A DNA stretch of 64,000 nt from an uncultured delta proteobacterium (GCA_963832165.1 CAWHTE010000011.1:576001-640000), one strand, 5' to 3'; shown: positions 32,325 through 42,264, counted from the first letter of the stretch. The notes: generated from the sequence alone by a model not told the origin. Numbers and translations: made by a program.

Positions 32325-33646
32325 AGCGCGCGATCGCCGCCTGCGCCCTGCTCGGAATCGCGAGCGCGGCGGTATCGGCTGCGGCCGAGGACCGCGCGGC
32401 CGTGGTGATCACGCCGGGCGGCCAGAAGACCTATCGAATCGCCGTGCAGCGGTTCGCCGACGATCCGGCCAAGCCCAACGCGAAGGTGGTCGACGACTTC
32501 CGCGCCAAGGTGATGCGCGGGATCGAGTTCTCGAACGTGTTCACGAAGATCGAAGACAGCGCATTCCTGGGGCCCGTGACGACGCCTCCCGGGCGCGAGG
32601 ACGCGCAGCTCGAATGCCCGAACTGGTCGCAGATCGGCGCCGACGCGCTGCTCGAAGGCGAGCTCGAGCGCACGGCGGAAGGCGTCGGGATTTCGTTCCG
32701 TATCTGGGATCCGACGCAGTGCAAGCGCCTGATGCGGCGCCGCTATCAGCAGAGCGGAGCGAACCTCGACTCCACCGCGCGGCGGCTCGCCGACGACGTG
32801 GTCGAGGCGTTCGTGGGCGTTCGCGGCGTGGCGAGCACCGAGATCGCGTTCGTGTCGGATCGCACTCGCGCCAAGGAGATCTACGTCATGAACGCGGACG
32901 GCAGCGAAGCGCGCGCCGCCACCGCGAACCGCTCGATCAACGCCTTTCCGAACTGGTCGCCCGACGGAGACGCGATCCTCTACACCTCGTATCGCTACCT
33001 GCGACGCCCGTTCCTGTTCCTGTCGAGCCGCGGTGCGGGCAAGCCGGGCCGGCTGCTCGCGCGCCTGGGCGATGCGCGCGCGCAGTACCGCGGTGTGTTC
33101 GCGCCCGATCACGAGCGCATGGCGCTCGTGATGAGCGACGGAGAGGTGAGCCACATCTACACGGTCGCGCTCGACGGGCGCAACCTGCGCCGACTCACGA
33201 GCGGCCGCGCGATCGACGTCTCGCCGACGTTCTCGCCCGACGGCAAGCGCATTGCGTTCGTCTCGGATCGCACCGGCGCGCCGCAGATCTACATGATGGA
33301 CACGAGCGGCGGAAACGTGCGGCGCCTCACCTACGACGGCTCCTACAACACCAATCCGAGCTGGTCGCCCGACGGACTCTGGATCGCCTACGAGACGCGC
33401 GTGAACGGCCAGTTCGACATCTGGCTGATCGATCCCGAGGGCGTCACCAACGTTCCGCTCGAGACACATCCGCGCAGCGACGAGGGGCCGAGCTGGGCAC
33501 CCAACTCGCGCATGCTGGTGTTCAGCTCGACGCGGCGCGGTCTCGCGGATCTCTACGTGATCGACCGCGACGGATCGAACCTGCGGCGCATCACCGCCGC
33601 CGCGGGCAACAACACGAGCCCCGCGTGGGGCCCGTACACGCGCTGA
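32321..33646 (+). CDS. tolB: TolB
   Basis: Signal peptide, TolB N domain, IAFVSDR and repeated P-WSPDG propeller blades. Confidence 0.92.
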   Translation: MKRAIAACALLGIASAAVSAAAEDRAAVVITPGGQKTYRIAVQRFADDPAKPNAKVVDDFRAKVMRGIEFSNVFTKIEDSAFLGPVTTPPGREDAQLECPNWSQIGADALLEGELERTAEGVGISFRIWDPTQCKRLMRRRYQQSGANLDSTARRLADDVVEAFVGVRGVASTEIAFVSDRTRAKEIYVMNADGSEARAATANRSINAFPNWSPDGDAILYTSYRYLRRPFLFLSSRGAGKPGRLLARLGDARAQYRGVFAPDHERMALVMSDGEVSHIYTVALDGRNLRRLTSGRAIDVSPTFSPDGKRIAFVSDRTGAPQIYMMDTSGGNVRRLTYDGSYNTNPSWSPDGLWIAYETRVNGQFDIWLIDPEGVTNVPLETHPRSDEGPSWAPNSRMLVFSSTRRGLADLYVIDRDGSNLRRITAAAGNNTSPAWGPYTR

Positions 33647-33656
33647 AGGGGGGAAT

Positions 33657-34379
33657 ATGCGCCGTGTGAAGTGGATCGGGTTGGCTGCGCTGGTCGCCGC
33701 GCTGGGCTGCGCGACGCCGGCCGACATGCGCAAGCTCCAGAGCCGCGTGTCCGCGCTCGAGCGCGGCGGCGGCAAGGGCGAGACCGGGCGCGGTCGGGTC
33801 GCCGAGCTCGGCACCGAAGTCGAAGAGCTCCGGCGCACCGTCGATGGGATGAACGGTCGCCTCGAGGAGATGGACCGCAAGGTCCAGCAGGCGCTCGAAG
33901 AAGCGAAAGCAGCGCGCAGCGAGGCCAACCAGGGAGCGAGCACTGCACCAGCACCCGGCGCGACCGCCGAGCCGGGCGCACCTTCGGGTGAGGTGGCGTC
34001 GCAGGAGGTGGAGGCGTACCGCGCCGCGCACGCCAAGTGGCGGTCGGGCGACGCGGCGGGTTGTGTTGACCTCTTTGGTAAGTTCTTGCAGACTTATCCG
34101 GCTTCGGAATACGCAGACGATGCGACCTATTGGCTCGCCGACTGTTACTTCAAACAGGGGAATTTCTCGGCCGCCGTTCTGCGGTTCGACGACGTTGCGC
34201 GGCAGTATCCGTCGAGCGACAAGGCCGCCGACGCGCTCTACCGACAGGGAGAAGCGTTGCTTCGCATGGGTCACGGCACGGCCGCGGGCAACGCATTCGA
34301 GAAGGTGCTGCGTGACTATCCCAACTCCGCGCGTGCACCCGAAGCGAAGCGCCAGCTCCAGCTGCTCGGGGCGGGCTGA
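33657..34379 (+). CDS. cpoB: CpoB/YbgF (coiled coil + TPR lipoprotein)
   Basis: Lipobox ALGC, coiled coil, YPASEYADDATYWLA, YPSSDKAADAL. Confidence 0.88.
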   Translation: MRRVKWIGLAALVAALGCATPADMRKLQSRVSALERGGGKGETGRGRVAELGTEVEELRRTVDGMNGRLEEMDRKVQQALEEAKAARSEANQGASTAPAPGATAEPGAPSGEVASQEVEAYRAAHAKWRSGDAAGCVDLFGKFLQTYPASEYADDATYWLADCYFKQGNFSAAVLRFDDVARQYPSSDKAADALYRQGEALLRMGHGTAAGNAFEKVLRDYPNSARAPEAKRQLQLLGAG

Positions 34380-34448
34380 GCGCGTGCGAGTCGGGAGCTA
34401 TTCGGACACTGATTGGAGCGCCGGTATTCCGACGCGCGGAGGGCTGAG

Positions 34449-34811
34449 TTGAACAAGCGGGAACTGCAGCGGTTTCGCAAGTTGCTCATGGATCAACGCG
34501 AACTGATCCTCGGCAACGCCAAGCGCGCGTTGTCGGGCGACATCCACGTCGATCCGGACGACTTCCCCGACGAGATGGACATCGCGTCGTCGGAGGTGTC
34601 GCTGCAGTTCGCGGGGCGCCTGCGCGAGCGCGAGCAAGGGCTCCTGTCGAAGATCGACGCGGCGCTCGCGAAGATCGACCAGGGCGAATACGGCGACTGC
34701 GTGATGTGCGGCGAAGCGATCGGGCTCGCGCGTCTCAAGGCGCGCCCGGTGGCCGAGCTCTGCATCGAGTGCAAGTCGGAGCAGGAAAAGCTCGAGCGCC
34801 GTACCGGTTGA
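34449..34811 (+). CDS. dksA: DksA/TraR family RNAP-binding protein
   Basis: DEMDIA coiled-coil tip, YGDCVMC and RLKARP..LCIECK zinc finger; TTG start after GGAGG. Confidence 0.9.
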   Translation: MNKRELQRFRKLLMDQRELILGNAKRALSGDIHVDPDDFPDEMDIASSEVSLQFAGRLREREQGLLSKIDAALAKIDQGEYGDCVMCGEAIGLARLKARPVAELCIECKSEQEKLERRTG

Positions 34812-34815
34812 GTTC

Positions 34816-35865
34816 GTGCCGCCCGCACCTCCGCATTGGGTGCTAGGCGTCGAGAGCTCGTGCGACGAGATGGCCGCGGCCGTCGTGCGCGACGGGCGCG
34901 AGATCGCGTCGAGCTGCGTGCGCGGGCAGGACGAGGTGCACCGCCCGTACGGCGGCGTCGTGCCCGAGCTCGCGTCGCGCGATCACGTGCGCGCGGTGCA
35001 CCAGGTGGTCGAGTCCGCGCTCGCCGAAGCGGGGATCCGCGCCGAGCAGCTCGGCGGCGTCGCCGTGACGGCGGGCCCCGGGCTCGTGGGCTCGCTGCTC
35101 GTGGGGCTCTCGTTCGGCAAGGCGCTCGCGTATCGGCTCGGCATTCCGCTCGTCGGCGTGCATCACCTCGCGGGGCACCTCGCGTCGGCCGAGCTCGCCG
35201 ATGCCGCGCTCGCGCCGCCCTATCTCGGCCTGGTCGTCTCGGGCGGCCACACCGCGCTCTACCGGATCGGCGCCGATGCGCCGCCGGCGCTGCTCGGCGA
35301 GACGCGCGACGACGCGGTCGGCGAGGCGTTCGACAAGGTCGCCGCACTGCTCGGTCTCGGCTTTCCGGGTGGGCCCGCCGTGGCGCGCGCGGCCGAAAGC
35401 GGAGACCCGCACGCGTTCGAGTTTCCGCGCCCGCTCGTCGATCGGCCCGGCTTCGATTTCTCCTACAGCGGCCTCAAGACCGCAGTGGCGACGCTGATCG
35501 AGCGCCGCGGAGCGCTCGGCGAACGCGAGCGCGCGGACGTCGCGGCCTCGTTCGAGCGCGCCGCGGTGGGGGTGCTCGTCGATCGCGCGTGCCAGGCCCT
35601 GCGCGCGACCGGGCTCGACCGGATCGCCGTGGTCGGTGGAGTCGCGGCGAACCGGCGCCTGCGCGAGGAGCTGCGCGCAGCGGGCGAGCGCGCGGGATTT
35701 TCTGCGGTGTTTCCGCCCGCGGCGCTGTGCACGGACAACGCGGCCATGATCGCCGCGGCAGGCGCTCGACTGCTCGCGCGCGGCGAGCACCACGGGACCG
35801 CGCTGAATGCCTACTCGCGCGCGCCGCTCGGCGATGCTCCCTGGAGCAAGGGCGAAGACCGATAA
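34816..35865 (+). CDS. tsaD: tRNA N6-adenosine threonylcarbamoyltransferase
   Basis: LGVESSCDE, GGVVPELASRDH, HHLAGH, VSGGHT, GEAFDK, CTDNAAMI. Confidence 0.96.
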   Translation: MPPAPPHWVLGVESSCDEMAAAVVRDGREIASSCVRGQDEVHRPYGGVVPELASRDHVRAVHQVVESALAEAGIRAEQLGGVAVTAGPGLVGSLLVGLSFGKALAYRLGIPLVGVHHLAGHLASAELADAALAPPYLGLVVSGGHTALYRIGADAPPALLGETRDDAVGEAFDKVAALLGLGFPGGPAVARAAESGDPHAFEFPRPLVDRPGFDFSYSGLKTAVATLIERRGALGERERADVAASFERAAVGVLVDRACQALRATGLDRIAVVGGVAANRRLREELRAAGERAGFSAVFPPAALCTDNAAMIAAAGARLLARGEHHGTALNAYSRAPLGDAPWSKGEDR

Positions 35866-35866
35866 G

Positions 35867-36712
35867 GTGGATACTCCCTCGATTCGCGAGATCCTCGCCC
35901 GCCACGGCCTCGCGCCGAGCCGCGAGCGCGGCCAGAACTTCCTCGTCGACGAGCGCGTCGCCGCCGAGCTCGTCGATCGCGCGGGGGTGGAGCCCGGCGA
36001 CTCGGTGATCGAGGTGGGCACCGGGCTCGGCATCCTGACGCGCGCGCTCGCGCAGCGCGCGGAACGCGTGCTCACGATCGAGGTCGACGCGGGCCTCGTG
36101 CGGGCGCTCGAGTCCGAGGCCCTCCTGCCCGCGAACGCGGAGCTGCGCCACGCCGATGCGCTCGCGCTCGACTGGCCCGGGCTCGTGCGCGAGCGCGCGG
36201 CCACGCGCGTGGTCGCGAACCTCCCGTACGCGATCTCGGCGCCGATCTTGCGCCTGCTGCTCGACCTGCGCGGCTCGCTGCGCGACTGGTCCGTGATGAT
36301 CCAGCGCGACGTGGCGGATCGGCTGCTCGCGGATCCGGGCAGCCGCAACTACTCGTCGCTCACCGTGCTCACGCGGTTGTGCGTCACGCTGCGCCGCGTG
36401 CGCGATCTGGCTCCGGGGCTGTTCTTCCCGGTTCCGAACGTGCGCTCGACCTTCGTGCGCGCGACGCCGCTCGCCGACGCCCCGATCGGCGCGGACGACC
36501 TCGCCTCGGTGGAGCGAGTGGTTCGGGGGGCATTCGGCCAGCGCCGCAAGACGCTCGCGAATGCGCTGCGCGGCGCGGGTTTCCGCGAGCCCGCTGCCGC
36601 TTGCGAGACGGTCGGGATCGACCCGCGCGCCCGCGCCGAGAGCCTGGAGCCCGAGGCGTTCCTGGCGCTCGCTCGCGCGCTGGCGCGCGTGCCAGTAGAC
36701 AACCGCCCTTGA
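35867..36712 (+). CDS. rsmA: 16S rRNA adenine dimethyltransferase
   Basis: GQNFLVD, IEVGTGLGILT, VANLPYAIS, AFGQRRKTLAN. Confidence 0.95.
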   Translation: MDTPSIREILARHGLAPSRERGQNFLVDERVAAELVDRAGVEPGDSVIEVGTGLGILTRALAQRAERVLTIEVDAGLVRALESEALLPANAELRHADALALDWPGLVRERAATRVVANLPYAISAPILRLLLDLRGSLRDWSVMIQRDVADRLLADPGSRNYSSLTVLTRLCVTLRRVRDLAPGLFFPVPNVRSTFVRATPLADAPIGADDLASVERVVRGAFGQRRKTLANALRGAGFREPAAACETVGIDPRARAESLEPEAFLALARALARVPVDNRP

Positions 36713-36738
36713 CCGCCCGCGAAATCCGAGCCTAAACT
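36709..36738 (+). promoter_or_regulatory. Putative sigma70 promoter of panBCD
   Basis: TTGACC-N18-TAAACT. Confidence 0.45.
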
Positions 36739-36793
36739 TCGGTCCAACTCGGAGGGGAATCGCAAGTCGCGATCCTCATCCTACGAGCCAAAA

Positions 36794-36886
36794 CCCCCCG
36801 TCCTGAGCGCAGAGCGCCAGGAAGACAGAAGACACGCCTAGCCCAGCCCAGTGCACGCTCGGATCCTCCTAGGACCGAGACGGGGG
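36794..36886 (+). ncRNA. pan-motif-like cis-regulatory RNA in the panB leader
   Basis: Two tandem hairpins with bulged A: TCCTG-A-GCGC(aga)GCGC-CAGGA and CG-CTCGG-A-TCCT(cct)AGGA-CCGAG-A-CG, directly upstream of panBCD. Confidence 0.7.
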
Positions 36887-37079
36887 CAGTCAGCAGGCGA
36901 GCTCGCGCAAGCGGAGTCCCGGCGCACTTGAGCGGACTCTGCGAGTACGAGCACCGGCCGCGCCTCCGGAGTCACGTCCAACGGACGTGATCAGGAACTC
37001 CTTCCGGAAATCCCTCCGGATGGGACAGGCGCGTTGACCGTTTTCCGGTGCGAAGCGAAAGGCTGTTCGGAGGACCTCG

Positions 37080-37908
37080 ATGTCCACCGTCACCCTGAAA
37101 GCCGCACGCGAGCACCGCGTGACGGTCCCGTCCCTGCAAAAGCGCAAGGGCCGCGGCGAGCCGATCGCGATGCTCACCGCCTACGACTTCACGTTCGCGC
37201 GGATCTTCGACACGGCCGGAATCGACGTGCTGCTCGTGGGCGATTCGCTCGGCAACGTCGTGCAGGGCCACGACACCACGCTGCCCGTCACGCTCGAGGA
37301 GACCATCTACCACACGCGCCTGGTCTCGCGCGCGGCAGCGCGCGCGCTGGTCGTGGCGGACATGCCGTTCGGCAGCTTCCAGATCTCGCCCGAGGACGCG
37401 CTGCGCAACGCGGTGCGCTGCGTGAAGGAGGGCGGGGCGCACGCGGTCAAGCTCGAGGGCGGTGTGGTGATGGCCGCGACGATCGAGCGGATCGTCACCG
37501 CCGAGATCCCGGTGATGGGTCATGTCGGGCTCACGCCGCAGGCGGTGCACCGCATGGGCGGCCATCGCGTCCAGGGGCGCTCCGAGGACGGCGCGCAGCG
37601 CGTGCTCGAGGATGCGCGCGCAGTGGAGGCCGCCGGCGCGTTCGCGGTGGTGCTCGAAGGCCTGCCCGCCGACCTCGCGCGCGCGGTGACGCAGGAGCTC
37701 GTCGATTCCCACGATCGGGATCGGCGCGGGCGTCGACTGCGACGGTCAGGTGCTCGTGATGCACGACATGCTCGGGCTCTCCGACTGGACCCCGAGCTTC
37801 GCGAAGACCTATGCCGGACTGGGCGCACTGGTGGCCCAGGCCGCGCGCCACTTCGCGGACGAGGTGCGCGAGCGCAAGTTCCCCGATCCGGAGCACTCGT
37901 ACCGCTAG
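37080..37908 (+). CDS. panB: 3-methyl-2-oxobutanoate hydroxymethyltransferase, +1 frameshift at about 37701
   Basis: [34 protein letters not shown]; after the extra [28 protein letters not shown]. Confidence 0.92.
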
Positions 37909-37912
37909 GTCG

Positions 37913-37996
37913 GCAAGTTTCGCGCAGCGAGCCGAAGGCGAGCGAAGACCATCAGCAAGTTTCGCGCAGCGAGCCGCAGGCGAGCGAAGACCATCA
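37913..37996 (+). repeat. Tandem 2 x 42-bp copy of the dispersed repeat core
   Basis: GCAAGTTTCGCGCAGCGAGCCG(A/C)AGGCGAGCGAAGACCATCA twice, one mismatch. Confidence 0.9.
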
Positions 37997-38009
37997 GGCA
38001 GGCGAGCGA

Positions 38010-38912
38010 ATGACCATGGACCGCATCGACACCGTACGGGCTCTGCAAGCGCGCTCCGACGAGGAGCGTGCCGCGGGGCGCCGGATCGCGCTGGTGCCGA
38101 CGATGGGCGCGCTCCACGCCGGGCACGCGTCGCTGTTCAAGGTCGCGCGGCAGCGCGCCGACCGCGTCTGGGTCTCGATCTTCGTGAACCCGACCCAGTT
38201 CGATGATCCGCGCGACCTCGCCGCCTATCCGCGCACGCTCGCGGGCGATCTCGACCTGTGCCGCGACGCGGGCGTCGACGTCGTGTTCACGCCCGATGCG
38301 GCGCAGATGTATCCCGAGGGTGCGCAGACGATCGTCGAGGTGGGCGCACTCGCGGCGCCGCTGTGCGGCGCGGCGCGGCCGGGGCACTTCCGCGGCGTGG
38401 CCACGGTCGTGACCAAGCTGCTCGCGGCGGCCAAGCCACACGTCGCGGTGTTCGGCGAGAAGGACTTCCAGCAGCTCGCGGTGATCCGTCAGCTCGCGCG
38501 CGATCTCCTGCTCGACGTGGAGATCGTCGGCGCACCCACCCTGCGCGAGCCCGACGGGCTCGCGCTGTCGAGCCGCAACCGCCATCTCGACGTCGACGCT
38601 CGCCGTCAGGCGGTCGCGCTCGTGCGCGCGCTCGATGCCGCCGAGTCGGCGGTCGCCGCGGGTGAGCGCGACGCCGCGCTGATCCTCGCGCTCGTGCGCG
38701 CGGAGATCGCGGCCGCGCCGCGCGCGCGGATCGACTACGCCGAGCTGCGCGACCCGATCACGCTCGCGCCGGCTCCCGAGCAGCTCGCCGGTCCCGCGCT
38801 GCTCGCACTGGCTGTGTTCATGCGCCCGACGCGCGCCGACGGCAAGACGGTTCGATTGATCGACAACCGCGTACTGCAACCGCAGACGCGAGCTGGAGGA
38901 GCCTCCTCATGA
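38010..38912 (+). CDS. panC: Pantoate-beta-alanine ligase
   Basis: [50 protein letters not shown]. Confidence 0.96.
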   Translation: MTMDRIDTVRALQARSDEERAAGRRIALVPTMGALHAGHASLFKVARQRADRVWVSIFVNPTQFDDPRDLAAYPRTLAGDLDLCRDAGVDVVFTPDAAQMYPEGAQTIVEVGALAAPLCGAARPGHFRGVATVVTKLLAAAKPHVAVFGEKDFQQLAVIRQLARDLLLDVEIVGAPTLREPDGLALSSRNRHLDVDARRQAVALVRALDAAESAVAAGERDAALILALVRAEIAAAPRARIDYAELRDPITLAPAPEQLAGPALLALAVFMRPTRADGKTVRLIDNRVLQPQTRAGGASS

Positions 38913-39292
38913 TGCGAACCATGCTCAAGTCCAAGATCCACCGCGCCACGGTCACCGAGGCGAACGTGGAGTACGAGGGCAGCATCACGATCGACGCCGA
39001 TCTGATCGAGGCAGCGGATCTCCTGCCCTACGAGCAGGTCGACGTGCTCGACATCACCAACGGCGCCCGGCTCTCGACCTACGTGATCGAAGGCGAGCGC
39101 GGATCGGGCGAGATCTGCATCAACGGCGCGGCCGCCCACCTGATCAAGCCGCACGACCTCGTGATCATCTGCAGCTACGTGCAGCTCGACGACGCGGAGT
39201 GTCGCGGCCACGAGGGCATTCGCGTGTTCGTCGACCGCGCCAACAGGGCGCGCGACATCGCCGGCCCATCGCCCGTGCTCGCGAACCACTGA
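38909..39292 (+). CDS. panD: Aspartate 1-decarboxylase
   Basis: [20 protein letters not shown] (G-S cleavage site), INGAAAH. Confidence 0.96.
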   Translation: MMRTMLKSKIHRATVTEANVEYEGSITIDADLIEAADLLPYEQVDVLDITNGARLSTYVIEGERGSGEICINGAAAHLIKPHDLVIICSYVQLDDAECRGHEGIRVFVDRANRARDIAGPSPVLANH

Positions 39293-39327
39293 TCGGGAGA
39301 CGGCGCGGCCCGCTAAGCTGTCGCGCC

Positions 39328-39807
39328 GTGGCCCGCCCGAAGTCGCAACAATCCGACGTCATCGCCACCAATCGCAAGGCGCACTTCGAGTACGAGATCC
39401 TCGAGACGCTCGAGGCCGGCATGGCACTCCTGGGCCCCGAGGTGAAGTCGCTGCGCGAGGGAAAGGCCAATCTCGCCGACGCCTACGCGATCGTGCGTCG
39501 CGGCGAAGCGCTGCTCCTGCACCTGCACATCTCGCCCTACGAGCAGGCCGGCCGCAACAACCCCGATCCGCGCCGCGACCGGCGCCTGCTCCTGCACAAG
39601 AGCGAGATCCGACGTCTGTCGGGCAAGCTCGCGGAACGCGGTTTCACGCTCGTGCCGTTGCGCCTGTACTGGAAAAATGGGCGCGCCAAGGTGGAGCTCG
39701 GGCTCGCGCGCGGGAAGCGCCGCCACGACAAGCGCGAGACGATCCGGCGCCGCGAGAGCGACCGCGAGCTCGCCCGAGCGATGCGCGCGAAGTCGCGGTC
39801 CAACTAA
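39328..39807 (+). CDS. smpB: SsrA-binding protein
   Basis: NRKAHFEY, EAGMALLGPEVKSLR, RRLLLHKSEI, KRRHDKRE. Confidence 0.96.
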   Translation: MARPKSQQSDVIATNRKAHFEYEILETLEAGMALLGPEVKSLREGKANLADAYAIVRRGEALLLHLHISPYEQAGRNNPDPRRDRRLLLHKSEIRRLSGKLAERGFTLVPLRLYWKNGRAKVELGLARGKRRHDKRETIRRRESDRELARAMRAKSRSN

Positions 39808-39850
39808 CGGGTGTTTCCCGCTGACAACGGGTTTCGCTACTGACAGAGTC

Positions 39851-39876
39851 TCAAGTAGCGGTACTACCGGACCGAT
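39851..39876 (+). promoter_or_regulatory. Sigma28-like promoter upstream of the GGDEF gene
   Basis: TCAAG-N15-ACCGAT, the same boxes as 22168-22193. Confidence 0.55.
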
Positions 39877-39894
39877 TCGTGAGCCGGAGGGCCA

Positions 39895-40926
39895 GTGGTG
39901 CCCGACGATCTCGGACAGCCGATCGGAGCCGAGCGGAGCCGTGCGTTCGCACGCCTGCGGATCTCGAGCCTCCCGACGCGGCTGGTCGCGGTGGTATTCG
40001 CCGCTGCGATCGCGAGCGTGCTCGCGGACGGCGCCATCGATGCCGTGTTCTCGCCTGAGCTCGAGACGACGAGAAGCGCGTTCGGGATCAACCTCGGCAT
40101 CGTGCTCGCGTGCGGGGCGTTGGCGCTCGCGGGCGCGATCGCGATCGTACAGCCCTTGCGTGCGCTGTCCGAGATGGCCGATCGCATCGCGCGCGGCGAG
40201 ACCGACCTCGAGGTCGCGGAATTGTCGAACCGGGACGAGGTCGGCGTGTGTGCGCGCGCGCTGCGCGAGCTGCTCGTGCGCGCGCGCCGCAACCAGCTGG
40301 AGCTCCAGCGCAAGCAGGAGCAGATCGAGCGTGTGAACGCGGAGCTCACGCGCACGCGCGACGATCTCGCCCGCACCCAGGAGCTGCTCGATCAGGTCGC
40401 GTCCAGCGATGGACTCACGCGCCTGCCCAATCACCGCTACTTCCAGGACCGCCTGCGCATCGAGGCCAAGCGCGCCGATCGCAGCCGCGAGGCGCTCGCG
40501 CTGCTGCTGATCGATCTCGACGACTTCAAGTCGCTGAATGATCGCTTCGGACACGCCGCGGGCGACGAAGTGTTGCGCCGCGTCGCGACGATCCTGGGTC
40601 ACGAGGCGCGCGAGACCGATCTGCTCGCGCGCTACGGCGGTGATCAGTTCGCGTTGCTCGCTCCTCGCACCGACGCGAAGACCGCGGCGGTGCTCGCGGA
40701 GCGCATGCGCCAGGCGATCGGCGAGACGCACTTCCACGGTCTCGCTCCCCAGGCGCAGGAGGCGCTCGCGATCACGGCTTCCGTGGGCATCGCGCTGTAC
40801 CGCAGCGACGTCGCGCGCTTCGGCAACGAGGCCCACCGCGCGCTCCAGCAGGCCAAGCGCGAGGGCAAGGACCACACCGTCCTGTTCCCGTTCCCCGGGC
40901 TCGTGGCCCATCGGGAAGCGCACTAG
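39895..40926 (+). CDS. Membrane HAMP-GGDEF protein (GGDQF variant)
   Basis: 2 TM, HAMP (PLRAL...DEVG), DGLTRLPN, DLDDFKSLND, RETD-LLARY-GGDQF. Confidence 0.88.
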   Translation: MVPDDLGQPIGAERSRAFARLRISSLPTRLVAVVFAAAIASVLADGAIDAVFSPELETTRSAFGINLGIVLACGALALAGAIAIVQPLRALSEMADRIARGETDLEVAELSNRDEVGVCARALRELLVRARRNQLELQRKQEQIERVNAELTRTRDDLARTQELLDQVASSDGLTRLPNHRYFQDRLRIEAKRADRSREALALLLIDLDDFKSLNDRFGHAAGDEVLRRVATILGHEARETDLLARYGGDQFALLAPRTDAKTAAVLAERMRQAIGETHFHGLAPQAQEALAITASVGIALYRSDVARFGNEAHRALQQAKREGKDHTVLFPFPGLVAHREAH

Positions 40927-40960
40927 GATCCGACCTCCCGTTGCAGAGGAGGGTCGGCGC

Positions 40961-42178
40961 ATGCACCGCGTGATGGACGGAGTCCGGGTTCTCGAGGTGG
41001 CCGAGTACACCTTCGTGCCCTCGGCGGGCGCCGTGCTGGCCGACTGGGGCGCCGACGTGATCAAGGTGGAGCACCCGACGCGCGGCGACGCGCAGCGCGG
41101 ACTGCTCACGGTGGGCGGCGCGAGCAACACCGGGCAGATCAACTTCCTCATGGAGCACGCCAACCGCGGCAAGCGCAGCATCGGGATCGACATCAAGTCG
41201 CCCGACGGGCGCGCGCTGCTCTACGAGCTCGTGAAGAGCTCCGACGTGTTCCTGACCAACTTCCTGCCCGCAGCGCGCCAGAAGCTCGAGATCGACGTGG
41301 AGCACGTGCGCGCGGTGAATCCGAGCATCATCTACGCGCGCGGAAGTGCCTACGGCGTGCGCGGCCCCGAAGCCGAGAAGGGCGGCTACGACTCGACCGG
41401 GTTCTGGGCGCGAGCCGGCAGCGCGATGGGCTGCAAGGCGCCCAGTCACAGCGAGCCGCCCGCGCCGCCCGGTCCCGCGTACGGCGATTCGATCGGCGGC
41501 ATGACGATCGCGGGCGGGATCGCCGCGGCGCTGTTCGCGCGCGAGCGCACGGGCGAGCCGTCAGTGGTCGACATCTCTCTCTTGTCTACCGGCGTGTGGG
41601 CGATGGGCTGCGGGCTCACGGGCGCGATGCTCGCGATGAGCGGGAAGTTCACGCCGCCGATGGGCGGCGCGCTGTTCATGAACCCGCTCGTCGGCACGTA
41701 TCCGGCGAAGGACGGCTTCATCATGCTCACGATGCTCCAGGGCCACGTGTACTGGGCGGATCTGTGTGCGCACATCGATCGCGCGGACCTCGTGACCGAT
41801 CCCCGCTTCGCGACGGCCGAAGCATTCAGCGCCCACGCGGAGGCGGTGAAGGAGGAGCTGCGCGCCGCGTTCGCGCAGAAGACGGTGGCCGAGTGGCGCA
41901 CGAGCCTGGCCACGCTCTCGGGGCAGTGGGCGCCGCACCAGAACCTTCTGATGCTCTCGTCCGATCCACAGGTGCTCGCGAACGGCCTCACCGTCGACGT
42001 CGATGCCGGCGACGGCAGCACGTTCAAGCTCGTCGCGAATCCGGTGCAGTTCGACGAGACGCCGCCGCAGCTCAGCAAGGGCCCCGAGGCCGGGCAGCAC
42101 ACCGAGGAGATCCTGCTCGAGCGCGGGATCGCGTGGGAGCGGATCGCCGAGCTCAAGAAGTCGGGCGCGATCAACTAG
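40961..42178 (+). CDS. Class III CoA-transferase (CaiB/BaiF)
   Basis: GVRVLEVA, LADWGADVIKVE, NRGKRSI, GDSIGG, GQHTEEIL. Confidence 0.93.
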   Translation: MHRVMDGVRVLEVAEYTFVPSAGAVLADWGADVIKVEHPTRGDAQRGLLTVGGASNTGQINFLMEHANRGKRSIGIDIKSPDGRALLYELVKSSDVFLTNFLPAARQKLEIDVEHVRAVNPSIIYARGSAYGVRGPEAEKGGYDSTGFWARAGSAMGCKAPSHSEPPAPPGPAYGDSIGGMTIAGGIAAALFARERTGEPSVVDISLLSTGVWAMGCGLTGAMLAMSGKFTPPMGGALFMNPLVGTYPAKDGFIMLTMLQGHVYWADLCAHIDRADLVTDPRFATAEAFSAHAEAVKEELRAAFAQKTVAEWRTSLATLSGQWAPHQNLLMLSSDPQVLANGLTVDVDAGDGSTFKLVANPVQFDETPPQLSKGPEAGQHTEEILLERGIAWERIAELKKSGAIN

Positions 42179-42264
42179 TAGGGCGGGAGAGCGAAGCGAT
42201 CCCGCCATTGAAGCGTTCGCGAGCATGGTCCGGCGGGATCCGCCTTCGGCTTCTCCCGCCCTAC
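42178..42264. repeat. REPIN-like pair of inverted GTAG-family REPs
   Basis: GTAGGGCGGGAGAGCGAAGCGATCCCGCC ... GGCGGGATCCGCCTTCGGCTTCTCCCGCCCTAC between convergent genes. Confidence 0.8.

Noticed and set aside
31550..33646. 698-aa TolA-TolB fusion ORF
   Set aside because: Frameshift artefact. The TolA C-domain is in another frame and TolB has its own GTG start and signal peptide.
37913..37996. Possible mini-CRISPR
   Set aside because: The repeats are contiguous with no spacer, there are no cas genes, and they belong to a dispersed repeat family.
37080..38912. 610-aa PanB-PanC fusion ORF
   Set aside because: It arises from one extra base at about 37701. The true PanB C-terminus is in another frame ending at 37908, and the apparent linker is the translated 42-bp repeat.
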